A stretch of 64,000 bases of DNA. Origin: an uncultured cyanobacterium. GTDB taxonomy: Bacteria > Cyanobacteriota > Cyanobacteriia > Cyanobacteriales > CAWCAG01. Within the stretch, counting starts at the first letter, position 1; the number at the start of each line of letters is the position of its first letter. Shown here one piece after another: positions 1 through 11,259 of the stretch. Location: positions 1,280,001 through 1,344,000 of the forward strand of contig CAWCAG010000005.1 of the NCBI GenBank assembly GCA_963793425.1, read 5' to 3'. Below the pieces are notes generated by a model. It searched no databases and was not told where the DNA came from. It was given only the letters and a program-made list of their open reading frames with translations. A program made the translations under genes and the position numbers.

Positions 1-55
1 GGAAAAAAGCAAGGAAAAAAATCTACTCCTCATCTTGAGGATTGTGCAGAATTAA

Positions 56-490
56 CAAAAAGATATCTACGAAAAGCAAAAAGAAATTGATAACTCAATT
101 AACAAATTTAAAGCAGTTTGCAACAATTACCTGATTGGCAAAAGAGTATTTTATGATGAGAGTAATATCAAAATTTATCTCAAGTCAGATAATAGCACTG
201 AACCATTGCCATTAAATAAGCTTTCTTCTGGAGAAAAGCAAATCATCTCTATCTTTTCTAAAATTTATCTTTCTGATGTTGAAGAAAGATTTATTGTCCT
301 TTTTGACGAGCCAGAATTATCACTATCAATGATTTGGCAGAAAAAATTACTTCCAGATATTTTAGATTCAAACAAATGTGACTTTCTTCTAGCCGTGACT
401 CATTCGCCTTTCATCTTTGGTAATGAGTTAGATAAATACGCTGTGGGCTTAAACGAATATATAAAACCTCAAGCAGAAATCATAGCTTAA
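56..490 (+). pseudogene. C-terminal part of ABC/AAA_21-type ATPase (PARIS AriA-like); frame closed upstream by TAA at 53-55
   Basis: Frame reads DIYEKQKEIDNSINKFKAVCNNYL...LSSGEKQ (ABC signature), FDEPE (Walker B), VTHSPF (H-loop); no Walker A before the in-frame stop. Confidence 0.7.
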
Positions 491-493
491 TCA

Positions 494-1411
494 ATGTCAT
501 ACTTAGACAAATTGAGAGCAAGCCGAGATAAACCCCAGGTTGCTTATCACGAGTTTACACTTCATACCAGGGCGAGAAAAGATAGTTTGTTCTGTTTCTT
601 TGAAGGGAAAGATAACGCTTATTATGTACCCCGGATCAAACATTTTATAGACGATTATTGTCCAATTAGTTGCGGTGGTAGAGATAAAGTATTAAGCGTT
701 CATGAACTTATTGTTATTCATCCAGAATATGATAAGTATAAAAAAGCATTTTTCATCGACAGAGATTTCAATCCGCCTTTACCACCCCATAATCCACCAA
801 TATTTGAAACACCTTGTTATTCTATTGAGAATTTTTACGTTTCAGTAGATGTTTTCAAAGAGATTATTACTAACGTATTTCATTTATCAAAAGTAAGCGA
901 CTCAACATTTCCTGTTTGCCTCCAACTTTTCAAAGATAGACAAGCAGAATTTCACAACGCTACAACTCTATTTAACGCTTGGTATGCTTGTTTAATAGAA
1001 ATAAGGAATAAAACCGGAGAAAAAACTAAAGCAAGTTTAGAAGAGAAGTTACCCAAAAAGTTTATAAGCCTCTCTTTAAAATCAGTTTCTGCAAACTATG
1101 ACATCAACACAATAAAAGCAAATTTCCCCGATGCTTTAGAAGTATCACAAGAAGATTTAGAGGAAAAGATTGATGAGTTTACTAACTGTGAACATCGCAA
1201 AGTCTTTAGAGGTAAGTATGAAATGCAATTCTTGATTATGTTCATCGAACAAATACTCAAGGATTCATCGCAAGCAAAAGAATATATCAAAGACAAAATT
1301 AAGTTTCGCTTTAATCAAAAATTGACTAATGAGCAAGCTATCAATGTATTTTCTAGCTGTGCCGAAACACCTGAAAGCTTAACTCATTATTTAAAACAAG
1401 TTACTCAATAA
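494..1411 (+). CDS. DUF4435/TOPRIM-like protein (PARIS AriB-like)
   Basis: FFEGKD, FIDRDF (DxD) and YSIENF motifs; starts 3 nt after the ATPase stop. Confidence 0.75.
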   Translation: MSYLDKLRASRDKPQVAYHEFTLHTRARKDSLFCFFEGKDNAYYVPRIKHFIDDYCPISCGGRDKVLSVHELIVIHPEYDKYKKAFFIDRDFNPPLPPHNPPIFETPCYSIENFYVSVDVFKEIITNVFHLSKVSDSTFPVCLQLFKDRQAEFHNATTLFNAWYACLIEIRNKTGEKTKASLEEKLPKKFISLSLKSVSANYDINTIKANFPDALEVSQEDLEEKIDEFTNCEHRKVFRGKYEMQFLIMFIEQILKDSSQAKEYIKDKIKFRFNQKLTNEQAINVFSSCAETPESLTHYLKQVTQ

Positions 1412-1419
1412 AAAATAAC

Positions 1420-3321
1420 TTACTCCACCGTCACTGACTTAGCTAAATTACGAGGTTGATCCACATCTAAACCACGTCTGGCGGCAATGTGATAGGAAAG
1501 TAATTGCAAAGGAATCACCGCCAGAATGGGGGAAAGTAACTCTTCTACCACCGGAACAGATAAAATATCATCAAAAGTTTCCATTGCTTCAGAGTCTTCT
1601 CCTGGGGCAACACCAATTAAGCGAGAATCCCTGGCTTTGGCTTCTTGGGCGTTAGAAATTACTTTCCCGTAAACCATTCCTGGCATGGCGATCGCAACTA
1701 CCGGGACTTTATCATCCAACAGGGCAATGGGGCCATGTTTCATTTCTCCGGCGGGGTAGCCTTCGGCGTGGATGTAGCTGATTTCCTTGAGTTTTAAAGC
1801 ACCTTCGAGGGCGATGGGGTAATTGATACCTCTACCTAAAAAGATGAAGTCACGGGTATCACTAAATTCATGGGCCAATTCTTCAATTTGTGATTCTTGA
1901 GTGGTGAGGATTTCTTCCATTTGCCCTGGTAGTTGCCGTAAGCCAGCAACAATTATCCCTAAACGTTCCGGAGTAATGGTTTTACGTCGGTAGGCTAAAT
2001 CTAAAGCGAGGAAGTAGAAAGCCATTAGTTGGGCATTGAAGGTTTTGGTTGCTGCGACACCAATTTCAATACCTGCATGGGTGTTAATAATTTGCCCTAC
2101 CATTTGGGCAATAGTACTTTCTGGGCGATTAGTGATGCCTAATAAACGGGCTTGGAAATGAGGCTCTAAGGCTTTACGACGCTCCTTTTCTGTTTCCAAG
2201 GCGGCGATGGTGTCGGCTGTTTCTCCTGACTGGGTTACGCCGATGGTGAGGGTATTTGCGGCGATGGGGGAAGGGGCATAGCGGAATTCTGAGGAGTATT
2301 GAACTATGGTAGGAATATTGGCTAACTGTTCGAGGAGATATTTACCAACCAAACTGGCGTGCCAACTTGTGCCGCAAGCGAGGATTTGAATTTGTTGAAT
2401 ATTTTCTACTAATTCAGCACTTAAACCCAAATTGATCGGCGCGACATCAGGATTTTCTTGGGGATGCCAAAGGGGATTAAGATAGGCTTCAATACAGGCG
2501 CGGACAACTCCTGGTTGCTCATAAATTTCTTTGAGCATATAGTGGCGGAAGCCTTGCTTTTCCACCAGAATGGGGTTTAAATCTAAGGTGCGAGGAGTTT
2601 TGCGAAGACGGTTTCCCTCTAAATCGTAGACTTCTACTCCCATAGGGGTTAATTTTGCAATTTCTCCATTTTCTAAGGTGAGGACAGCATGGGTATGGGG
2701 AACAATAGCGGGGGTATCGGAAGCGCAAAAGAACTCTCCTTGCCCAAAACCAATAGATAAAGGCGCTTGTTGCCGCACAACAATTAATTCATCGGGATAG
2801 TCAGCGCAAACCACTGCGAGAGCAAAGGCTCCTTTAAGTTTACTAACGGCTGTTCTTACGGCTTCTAAAAAGGGGCTAGGATCGCGAAAATCAGTAGGAG
2901 GGGTTTCGGGTAAAAATTGGGAAATGAGGTGGGGAATGACTTCTGTATCGGTTTCGGAGAGGAATTGACAACCTTGCTTTTTGAGGTTTTCCCGCAATTC
3001 TCGATAGTTTTCGACGATACCATTTTGTACCACTGCCACCCGTTTTTTGGTATCTAAATGAGGATGGGCATTATGTTCTTCTGGTTTACCGTGGGTTGCC
3101 CAACGAGTATGTCCAATACCTATTCTAGCTGGGTTGACTTCCCTTTCTACTTTTTCTCGCAGGTTAAAAAGCTTACCCTTCGCCCGAACACAATTAATTT
3201 CTCCTTCCCATACCGTAGCTACTCCTGCTGAGTCATAACCGCGATATTCCAGTTTTTCTAAACCTGCAATTAAGATGTCGGTAGCTACTTGAGTGCCAAT
3301 ATACCCCACAATTCCACACAT
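1420..3321 (-). CDS. glmS: Glutamine--fructose-6-phosphate aminotransferase
   Basis: MCGIVG N-terminus (true start 3321), GHTRWATHG, C-terminal PRNLAKSVTVE. Confidence 0.98.
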   Translation of the reverse strand: MCGIVGYIGTQVATDILIAGLEKLEYRGYDSAGVATVWEGEINCVRAKGKLFNLREKVEREVNPARIGIGHTRWATHGKPEEHNAHPHLDTKKRVAVVQNGIVENYRELRENLKKQGCQFLSETDTEVIPHLISQFLPETPPTDFRDPSPFLEAVRTAVSKLKGAFALAVVCADYPDELIVVRQQAPLSIGFGQGEFFCASDTPAIVPHTHAVLTLENGEIAKLTPMGVEVYDLEGNRLRKTPRTLDLNPILVEKQGFRHYMLKEIYEQPGVVRACIEAYLNPLWHPQENPDVAPINLGLSAELVENIQQIQILACGTSWHASLVGKYLLEQLANIPTIVQYSSEFRYAPSPIAANTLTIGVTQSGETADTIAALETEKERRKALEPHFQARLLGITNRPESTIAQMVGQIINTHAGIEIGVAATKTFNAQLMAFYFLALDLAYRRKTITPERLGIIVAGLRQLPGQMEEILTTQESQIEELAHEFSDTRDFIFLGRGINYPIALEGALKLKEISYIHAEGYPAGEMKHGPIALLDDKVPVVAIAMPGMVYGKVISNAQEAKARDSRLIGVAPGEDSEAMETFDDILSVPVVEELLSPILAVIPLQLLSYHIAARRGLDVDQPRNLAKSVTVE

Positions 3322-3409
3322 GATACCCTTCACTCCTAACTCTGGTTTCGATTCAGACTTCAAATATTTTAGGCGGTATTCGGGATAATTGCGTTATGAG
3401 GGGTTAATT

Positions 3410-4048
3410 CTATTGTTCCATTAACAAATTCTGGCTAAATGCTTGCAAAGCAACACTAGAACCAACTTCCCAAGCTAAATTAACATAATTAGGAATAGTT
3501 TGTTTAATGGGAAAGTTAGGGAAAATTTTGCTTGTTTGGCTTGTTAAATAGCAATCGCCTTTAAGTTGATATATTTTCAATTCCTGGGCTTGATAAATCC
3601 AAACTTCAGGAATAGCTAAAGGGATGTAATCTTCAATGGCAGTAAAAGAGGTGACATCAATTTCGATGGCTAAATCTGGTGGTGGATCTATACTCAAATC
3701 GAGTTTGCGTTTTCCCAATATTGCTTGATAGTTTTCAATATAAAAACAAGCGTCTGGTTCTAATCCTGGCTTTTTTCCGTACCTTAAAGTGATGGGATGA
3801 AAACTATCCCAGTTGCGATTTTGGTGACGCAGCAGCGCTTTAACTAAATCGACAATGACATCAATTTCTTTTCCGTGTTCAGCTAAGGGACTCATTAATA
3901 AAATATGGTTATCTCGACAGCGCATACGAATTGCACTACGCTCATTTAATTGCCTTAAAAGCTGTTCGTAATCTACTAATGTTCCTGGGAAATGTAACAG
4001 TGTCCCAGGGGGAAGGTTGATTCTGTCTGGAGTTATAGTAGGCAGCAT
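3410..4048 (-). CDS. Uma2 family (DUF820) putative endonuclease
   Basis: EPDACFYI, PPPDLAIEID, IPEVWIY motifs. Confidence 0.9.
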   Translation of the reverse strand: MLPTITPDRINLPPGTLLHFPGTLVDYEQLLRQLNERSAIRMRCRDNHILLMSPLAEHGKEIDVIVDLVKALLRHQNRNWDSFHPITLRYGKKPGLEPDACFYIENYQAILGKRKLDLSIDPPPDLAIEIDVTSFTAIEDYIPLAIPEVWIYQAQELKIYQLKGDCYLTSQTSKIFPNFPIKQTIPNYVNLAWEVGSSVALQAFSQNLLMEQ

Positions 4049-4166
4049 TTATTTCTATATAAAACAGACTTTTCATAACAGACAACTACTATTGTACTTA
4101 AGTTTGTCTAACTAAATTGCTACTTATGACACTGATGTCTAACGACAACAGCAAACCGCACATTGA

Positions 4167-6449
4167 TCATTGATTAAACTGTTTTCTTGCGGATTCTAAA
4201 AGCAAACTTTTCTCCCCACGGGCAATAGCTTGATAAGTAGTTTCTACCCCATGATAATCTACAGAAATAGAAGTTATTCCCCAGCGTATTAATTGCTCAA
4301 TTATCTCAGGATATTGGATTGCTAATTGACCGCAAATAGAAGAAGGAATATTTAATTTAACGGCTTGTTTAACAAGTTGTTCAATCGCTTTAATGACAGC
4401 AGGATAAGCTTCGGAACATAGTTGTTCTAAACTAGCATCTTCTCTGTCAATTCCTAAGATTAATTGAGTTAAGTCATTGCTACCGATGGCAATACCTTGA
4501 ACTCCGGCTTTAACGTATTCAGGTAAGAGAAAAATTACCGAAGGAACTTCTGCCATAATCCATAATTGGAAACCAGGATAATTATTTAACCCTGCTGCTA
4601 TGATGCGATCGCGGCAGAAAGTGAATTCTGGGACGCTGCGGATGAAAGGTAAAATGAGCTTAATATTGTTATAACCGCAGTTATAAAGCTTAACTAAAGC
4701 TTGGAGTTCTAAGTCAAACAAACTACCATCAAGGCGATAATTATAAGCTCCTCTTGCTCCTAAAAGGGAAGGAGAAGTTGTTTCTGAGAGGCAGGCTACT
4801 TTTAAAGCACGCCAATCTAAAGAACGGTAAAAAACAGGTTTTGGGTTAAAAGCTTGGGCAAATTGAGTAATAAGTTGGCTGAGTTGTTCTAATAATAATG
4901 CTTCTCTGCTAGGGTGAAGCCACCAACTTAAAGGATGAGAATTCAACAACTCCATAATCATTAATTCTGAACGCAATAGCCCTAAACCATCAACAGGTAA
5001 ATCAACTACTTCAGGAATGGAACTTGTTTGAGAAAGATTAACTAAAAGTTTGGTAGCAATAGGGTGATAACTTATTTCCTTTGGCTTTGAGGGCGGAGGT
5101 TTTTGAGGAGTTGTTTCTGAATCATATTCAGGGCAATTGTGAACTTCTCCCTTGTCCCCATCTATAAGTAAAGTTAAGCCATTGTTAATCTTCTTAGTAG
5201 CATCTTTAACTCCTACTACTGCTGGTATATTTAATTCCCTAGCTATAATTGCTTCATGACTGGTTTTTCCCCCTTCTTCTGTCACCATTCCCGCTGCTTG
5301 TTGCAGTATCGGTAGCCAGTCTGGGGTGAATTTTTTAGCGACCAAGATTCTTTGTGAAGGAACTGATTGGAAATGTTGAGGTTTTCCTGAAATCAGGTGT
5401 GCTTTGGCAACTGTCTGCCCTGGGGCAGCAGGTATTCCTTGTAAGAGCATAGAGGAAGAGTTTTTCGGTTTTAATGCTGCTTCTTTTTGAGTATATCTTG
5501 CTTGGTAAATAAATTTATGGGTATTAATTTGAGTTAAATAAACTTGAGACTGAGCAGATGCTATGATTGTCCATTCTAAGGTGGCTAAGGTTGATTTATG
5601 AGGAAACCTTTTTTGGACTAGCTTGGTAATGATATTTAAAAAAGTTTGATTGAGACTATAGCTTTCTTGTTCTTCTGGAGATAATAAATAGGTTTCTAAA
5701 CAATCTTCACCAAGTTTGTAAGCGAGGGCTTTATTACCTAAGTTTTGCTTGATGACTTGATTAGTAAATCTTTGTACTTCATAATAATCAGGGATAACAC
5801 TTCCTTCTACCAAACTATGACCCAAACCATAATTAGCTTTAATTTGTAAAGATTGGGGGCTAACTTCTACTGTTCCCGAAGCGATCGCATTTTGAATAGG
5901 TTGGACTAAAATAGCTAAACCAACTTGATGTAAGTTGATGCCCAGACGTTGCCAATAAAACAAACTCCTGGCCCGAAATAACTCTGCCCAGGCCTTTTTT
6001 AAAGCTATTTCCCAACTATAGGAATCACAACGACAAATTTGAGATTTAAGAATGCCTGCAAAGTCTACATTGAAGTTAGGTGGTAGGGTAACTGAAGGGC
6101 GCAAAATAGCATAAGAGGAAGGGAATTCTTCAACAGCAGAACTAAAATTTGTTCCCCAACTATCAGGAAAAGAAGTATTAACAATCTGGTGACGAATTCT
6201 TTGGGCTACTTCTTGCAATGTTTTGGGATTGTCAATGTTTATATGTAGGGAGGAAACAGGCCAATCTAGCAGTAAAGGTTCAGTTTGGCTGATAATAGTT
6301 AGAAATTCTTCTAAGCAGGTAACACTGACGACAAAACCAGGGATGACGGGAAAGCCATGTTGGTATAATTGGCTAAGGGCAAAAGCTTTTTCCCCCACCA
6401 GGAAGCACTCTGAAGGTTGAATTTGGTCGAAGTGGTAAATTGTGGTCAA
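4167..6449 (-). CDS. PEP synthase-like / PEP-utilizing enzyme
   Basis: VGEKA N-terminus, phospho-His domain GGKTSHEAIIARE, IMAEVPS and IGSNDLTQ. Confidence 0.85.
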   Translation of the reverse strand: MTTIYHFDQIQPSECFLVGEKAFALSQLYQHGFPVIPGFVVSVTCLEEFLTIISQTEPLLLDWPVSSLHINIDNPKTLQEVAQRIRHQIVNTSFPDSWGTNFSSAVEEFPSSYAILRPSVTLPPNFNVDFAGILKSQICRCDSYSWEIALKKAWAELFRARSLFYWQRLGINLHQVGLAILVQPIQNAIASGTVEVSPQSLQIKANYGLGHSLVEGSVIPDYYEVQRFTNQVIKQNLGNKALAYKLGEDCLETYLLSPEEQESYSLNQTFLNIITKLVQKRFPHKSTLATLEWTIIASAQSQVYLTQINTHKFIYQARYTQKEAALKPKNSSSMLLQGIPAAPGQTVAKAHLISGKPQHFQSVPSQRILVAKKFTPDWLPILQQAAGMVTEEGGKTSHEAIIARELNIPAVVGVKDATKKINNGLTLLIDGDKGEVHNCPEYDSETTPQKPPPSKPKEISYHPIATKLLVNLSQTSSIPEVVDLPVDGLGLLRSELMIMELLNSHPLSWWLHPSREALLLEQLSQLITQFAQAFNPKPVFYRSLDWRALKVACLSETTSPSLLGARGAYNYRLDGSLFDLELQALVKLYNCGYNNIKLILPFIRSVPEFTFCRDRIIAAGLNNYPGFQLWIMAEVPSVIFLLPEYVKAGVQGIAIGSNDLTQLILGIDREDASLEQLCSEAYPAVIKAIEQLVKQAVKLNIPSSICGQLAIQYPEIIEQLIRWGITSISVDYHGVETTYQAIARGEKSLLLESARKQFNQ

Positions 6450-6544
6450 TAGAGCCGTAAATTTGATTGATTGTCAATTGTTACCTTAAAACAAAATAAA
6501 AATAAAAACTGCTGATCATTGAACATTGAACATTGATAACTGAT

Positions 6545-8652
6545 ATGGCTTTGGGGATAGGAAAAGTATTAAGAGGGCGTTATGGCATTTTGTCTCAATT
6601 GGGGCAAGGAGGTTTTGGCCGAACCTTTTTGGCTGAAGATGGAGACTTGGTGGATCGTCCTCAATGTGTGGTTAAGCAACTGAAAACTCCTTTTGCAGAA
6701 CTAGCTACTTTAAAAATAGCCCAACGCTTATTTGAAAATGAGGCACGTATTTTACAAAAACTCGGCCACCATGCCCAAATCCCTCAACTTTTTGCTTATT
6801 TTGAGGAGGAAAAGGAATTTTATTTAGTTCAAGAATACATTGCTGGTAGCAGTTTGGTAGAAGAAGTTTCTCCGGGCCAGAAATTAGCAGAAAAGCAAGT
6901 TATTGTTTTGTTGATTGAGATCCTAACTGTCTTAGAATTTGTCCATGGACAAAAGGTTATTCACCGCGATCTTAATCCTCGTAATCTGATTCGTCGCCAA
7001 GATAATGGTCAGTTGGTTTTGATTGATTTTGGGGCAGTGAAACAAATTAGTACCGCCACAGAAAGCAATAAAACTATTGTGATTGGTACTCCGGGTTATT
7101 TACCTATTGAACAAAGTCGCGGTAATCCTCAGCTTAGTAGTGATGTTTATGCCGTGGGAATGATGGGTATTGTTGCCTTGACGGGTGGCAATCCTACGGT
7201 TTTGCACCAGATTCCCAAACTAGAGAAATTGCTTGGCAAGATGGGGCGGCTGTTTCCCCAGAATTAACCCAGGTTTTAAGTAAGATGATACGTCAAGATT
7301 ACCATCAACGTTATGCTTCAGCTTCCGAAGCTTTAGTTGCTTTAAAAAGTTTGAATAGTTCTGGCAACAATACTATTGTCTTACCTTTACCTCCCCAACC
7401 TTTACCAAAGTTTAAGCTAACTCGTTCTTTGGTAGCTAAGGTTGTTATTACTCTGGGGTTGGTTGGTTTGGGAATAACAGTATTTTTTGGGGTTGGTAAG
7501 TTAATTCGGGGTAACAATGCTACGAACCTTTACAATCAAGGGAATACTCTTTATGAGTTAAATCGCTACCAAGAAGCTTTTCGGGCTTATGATCAGGCTT
7601 TAGAACTTAATCCTGATTATGTAGAAGCTTGGAAAGGGCAAGGAGATAGTTTACAGGGTTTACAAAGGGAAGAAGAAGCCCTAGAAGCCTATGAACAAGC
7701 GATTCAACTTCAGCCTGATTACTGGGAAGCTTGGATTGCTAGGGGTGAACTTTTAGCTAAATTAACGAGATATTCTCAAGCTGTTCAGGCTTTTGCTAAG
7801 GTTATTGAACATCAACCGGATAATTGGCAAGCTTGGGAAGGGAAAGGTGACGGGGAACTTAAGTTAAAGCAATATTCTCAGGCTATTGCTTCCTATAATC
7901 GGGTACTGGATTTGAATGGGGAAAGAACATCTGCTTGGTATAGTCAAGGTTGGGCTTTTCATAATTTAAAACGCTACGAAAAGGCAGTTGATGCTTATGA
8001 TCAAGCAGTAGATATTCAACCAGATTATCCTCAAGCTTGGTATCAAAGGGGTAATGCTTTAATTAATTTACAAGCATATGAAGCAGCCGCAGATTCTTAT
8101 CAAAAAGCCTTAAACTTCCAACCGAACTTTCATCAAGCCGCCTACAGCTTAGGAATTGCCCTTAACCACGAAAAAGAATATGAAGAGGCTGTGAAAGCTT
8201 TTGAACAGGCACTCAAGGCTAAATCAGATAACTCTCAAGCTTGGTATAATTTGGGCTGGAGTCTCCACCAATTACAACGCTACACCGATGCGGTAGCAGC
8301 TTATGAACAAGCTACGAAGTATGGCAATAATTCTTACTCAGCTTGGTACAATCGCGGTAATGCCCTTTATAAGCTGGAAAAGTATGCTGAGGCGATCGCT
8401 TCTTATGATCAAGCATTAGTTTTAGAGAAAAGTCGCTATCAAGCTTGGTTTAGTCGCGGCAATGCTTTGTTAAATTTAAAGCAATATCAAGATGCGATCG
8501 CCTCCTATGAACAAGCTTTAAGCTACAAACCCAACTATCAAGAAGCAGAGGAAGGAAAACGGCGATCACGACGTTTGTTGGAGAAGCAAGAAAGGGACAA
8601 TCGGCTGAGGGATAAGCCCAAAGAGAAAGAGAAGGAAACTTTGGACATTTAG
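6545..8652 (+). pseudogene. Ser/Thr protein kinase with TM segment and TPR repeats, split by a 1-nt frameshift near 7200
   Basis: GQGGFG, HRDLNPRN, DFG, GTPGY in 6545-7200; kinase C-lobe (APDSQTREIAWQ...SPELTQVLSKMIRQ) continues in the frame of the 7285-8652 TPR ORF. Confidence 0.85.
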
Positions 8653-8711
8653 TACTGTTATAGGCTATACCATTGATCAATGAGCAGTTATCACATCGAC
8701 AATTGAACTAG

Positions 8712-9836
8712 ATGGTAATTAAAGAAATCAAACAACAGTTGAGGGCGAAGTTACCTGGTTTTACAGATTTTGCCAAGGGATTAAGTGCTAAGAAATGGCC
8801 CAAAGGTTCGATTGTTTATTATACAGGCGATCGCAAAACTGGCTTGAGTCCTCGTAGTCTTAAAGAAGGAACAAGCGGTACAAATACTGCGGTTATTTAT
8901 TTAACTAAAGAATGGGCTAAACAAGGACATAAAGTTGTTGTTTATAGTACCTGCGGAGATGAAGAGGGGATTCATGACGGGGTTGAATATATTAACTATT
9001 ATAAGTTTAATTGGTATGACACTTTTGATGTTTTAATTATTTTAAGTCATCCTTATTTATTACCTCTTCGTGTTAAGGCAAGGAAAGTTTGTTGGGAGTG
9101 GCAAGATGTTATGGGGGAACCCCGCATTTATCCCCGTGAAAAAATTGAAAGATTTGACCACATTTTTGCTAAGTCACAGTTTCAACGTAAGTTGTTACCC
9201 TATATTCCTGACGAGAAATTTACCATCGTTACTAATGGTGTTGATAAAAGTATTGCCCAACTTAGTAGTAATAAAAAAGATCCTTATAAATTAGTTTATG
9301 CTTCTCGTTATTATCGGGGCATAGATTCGATGTTAGCCTACGGCTGGCCGATTATTAAACAAGCTATTCCTGAAGCCGAGTTACATATTTACCACGGTTG
9401 GACAAGAAGAGAAAATCATCCTAGTGAAGCAGAGTGGAAACAGAAAGTAATTGAATTAATGCAGCAAGATGGTGTAATTGATCATGGCAAAGTTCCGCAA
9501 AAAACTTTAATTGCCGAAAAGTCTACCGCAAGTATTCATTACTATGGCTGTACCTACGAAGAAATCGATTGTATTTCTGTTAGAGAGTCTGCTATGGTTG
9601 GTTGTGTTCCTGTGACTACAGATTTCGCTGTTTTCAGAGAAAAGAGTTACTGTTTGCGAGTGCCAGGAGAACCGAAAGCAAAAGAAACTCAAGAAGCAAT
9701 AGCTTATAAAATTATTGAACTGCTTAAAGATCCTGAAAAGTTAGCAGCAATTCGCCAAGAATTTGCTGAAAATGTCCAAAACGAAACCTGGGATAATATT
9801 GCTCAAGTTTGGTTGAAAAGTTTCGATTTTGATTAA
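8712..9836 (+). CDS. Glycosyltransferase (GT-B, group 1-like)
   Basis: SGTNTAV, YASRYYRG, EEIDCISVRESAMVGCVPV. Confidence 0.8.
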   Translation: MVIKEIKQQLRAKLPGFTDFAKGLSAKKWPKGSIVYYTGDRKTGLSPRSLKEGTSGTNTAVIYLTKEWAKQGHKVVVYSTCGDEEGIHDGVEYINYYKFNWYDTFDVLIILSHPYLLPLRVKARKVCWEWQDVMGEPRIYPREKIERFDHIFAKSQFQRKLLPYIPDEKFTIVTNGVDKSIAQLSSNKKDPYKLVYASRYYRGIDSMLAYGWPIIKQAIPEAELHIYHGWTRRENHPSEAEWKQKVIELMQQDGVIDHGKVPQKTLIAEKSTASIHYYGCTYEEIDCISVRESAMVGCVPVTTDFAVFREKSYCLRVPGEPKAKETQEAIAYKIIELLKDPEKLAAIRQEFAENVQNETWDNIAQVWLKSFDFD

Positions 9837-9892
9837 ATTATCATCTATTACCCATTACCCATTACCACCATTAACTAGCTTTCTAAATTGAA

Positions 9893-11173
9893 ATGAAACT
9901 AATAATTCCCATAGAATATTATCGGCATGGTGGTGTAGAAAGGGTTATTGTTTCTTTGATTGAGGAAATTAGTCAACAAATTGAACAAACAATAGTAATT
10001 CTTCCTCCTAGTAAGATTGCTTATTTTCAAGGGCTGTTACCAGAATCAAAGACAATTGTTTATGAATCATTTAGTTGGCCAAGTCACTCTTTTACAAATC
10101 GTCTACTTTCTTTTTTACAGAAAGTTTTATCTTTAGTTAGAAAGCTAAAATTAAAGCCTTTAGAAACAATAATAACTAAGCAAATTAAGCATATTCGTTC
10201 TTTGGGGAGAATTGAACACTTAGTTGAGCAATATCAAGCTACTCATTGCCTATACTGTTTAACTAATCGCTTACCTACCCCCAACTTAAAGATTACCTTG
10301 GGAATGATTTCCCATGATGTTTTTTGGCATTTTGCTCCTCTAACCTATCCCGATGATTATATTAAAGAGTATGATCAAAGTTTAGTGGCTTGGTTAGAAA
10401 AAGTAGATGTAGTTTTTGCTGTTTCTGAAAAAACAAGAAACGATATTATCTCTTTTTTACCAAACTTTGCTGATAAAATTAACACAGTTCCTAATTCAGG
10501 ATTTATTGTCGGAGCCAAAGAGCAAGATTCTTCACTTAATAAAGTTGAACATCAAGGAATAACTTCTTTTTACTTTCCTTCCTCTTTTGGCATTTATAAA
10601 GACCAACTTACTCTTTTGCAAGCAGGTATAAAGTTAGCGAAACAAGGTCTTAATTTTAAAATAGTTCTCACTGGCAAAGAAACCGATAATTTAGTGCAAG
10701 GGAACTTAAGTTTATCTCAACAATCTCAAACCCAAGAGTATATTGATTATCTACAAAAATGTCAGCAAATTTATCGCGAAAATCAACAATTTATGGCAGA
10801 TTATTTTGTTGGTTTGGGATATTGCGATGAAGAAGTTGTTGAAGAATGTTACCAAAATAGTTCTTGTGTCGTAGTCCCTTCTAAGTATGAAGGTTTTGGC
10901 TTGGCAGTATCAGAAGCAATTGTCCAGGGAATGCCAGTTATTTGTTCTGATTTAGATGTTTTTCATGAACAAGTAGAGTTATATAAATGTAGCGATCGCA
11001 TTGAGTTTTTCCCCTTAGGAGATGCTGATGCTTTAGCAATTTGTTTAGAACAGTTTATTATTAATCCTAAACCAAAGTTATCCGCCGTAGAAGTTAAGCA
11101 ACGCTTCAAACATTGGACTTGGAAAGAAGTAGCCAAAGAATATGTAAGATTATTCAAAGCAGCATCAGATTAA
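9893..11173 (+). CDS. GT4 family glycosyltransferase
   Basis: GGVERV N-terminus; PSKYEGFGLAVSEA motif. Confidence 0.9.
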   Translation: MKLIIPIEYYRHGGVERVIVSLIEEISQQIEQTIVILPPSKIAYFQGLLPESKTIVYESFSWPSHSFTNRLLSFLQKVLSLVRKLKLKPLETIITKQIKHIRSLGRIEHLVEQYQATHCLYCLTNRLPTPNLKITLGMISHDVFWHFAPLTYPDDYIKEYDQSLVAWLEKVDVVFAVSEKTRNDIISFLPNFADKINTVPNSGFIVGAKEQDSSLNKVEHQGITSFYFPSSFGIYKDQLTLLQAGIKLAKQGLNFKIVLTGKETDNLVQGNLSLSQQSQTQEYIDYLQKCQQIYRENQQFMADYFVGLGYCDEEVVEECYQNSSCVVVPSKYEGFGLAVSEAIVQGMPVICSDLDVFHEQVELYKCSDRIEFFPLGDADALAICLEQFIINPKPKLSAVEVKQRFKHWTWKEVAKEYVRLFKAASD

Positions 11174-11259
11174 TAGACATTGGGTAGAAAAGAGAGAATA
11201 GGGCATAGGGAATGGTATATTCTTAACTTATTACTTGTTACTTATTACTTATTACTTCC

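Noticed and set aside
3322..3409. glmS ribozyme upstream of glmS
   Set aside because: Only 88 nt to the next gene, with no recognisable ribozyme core
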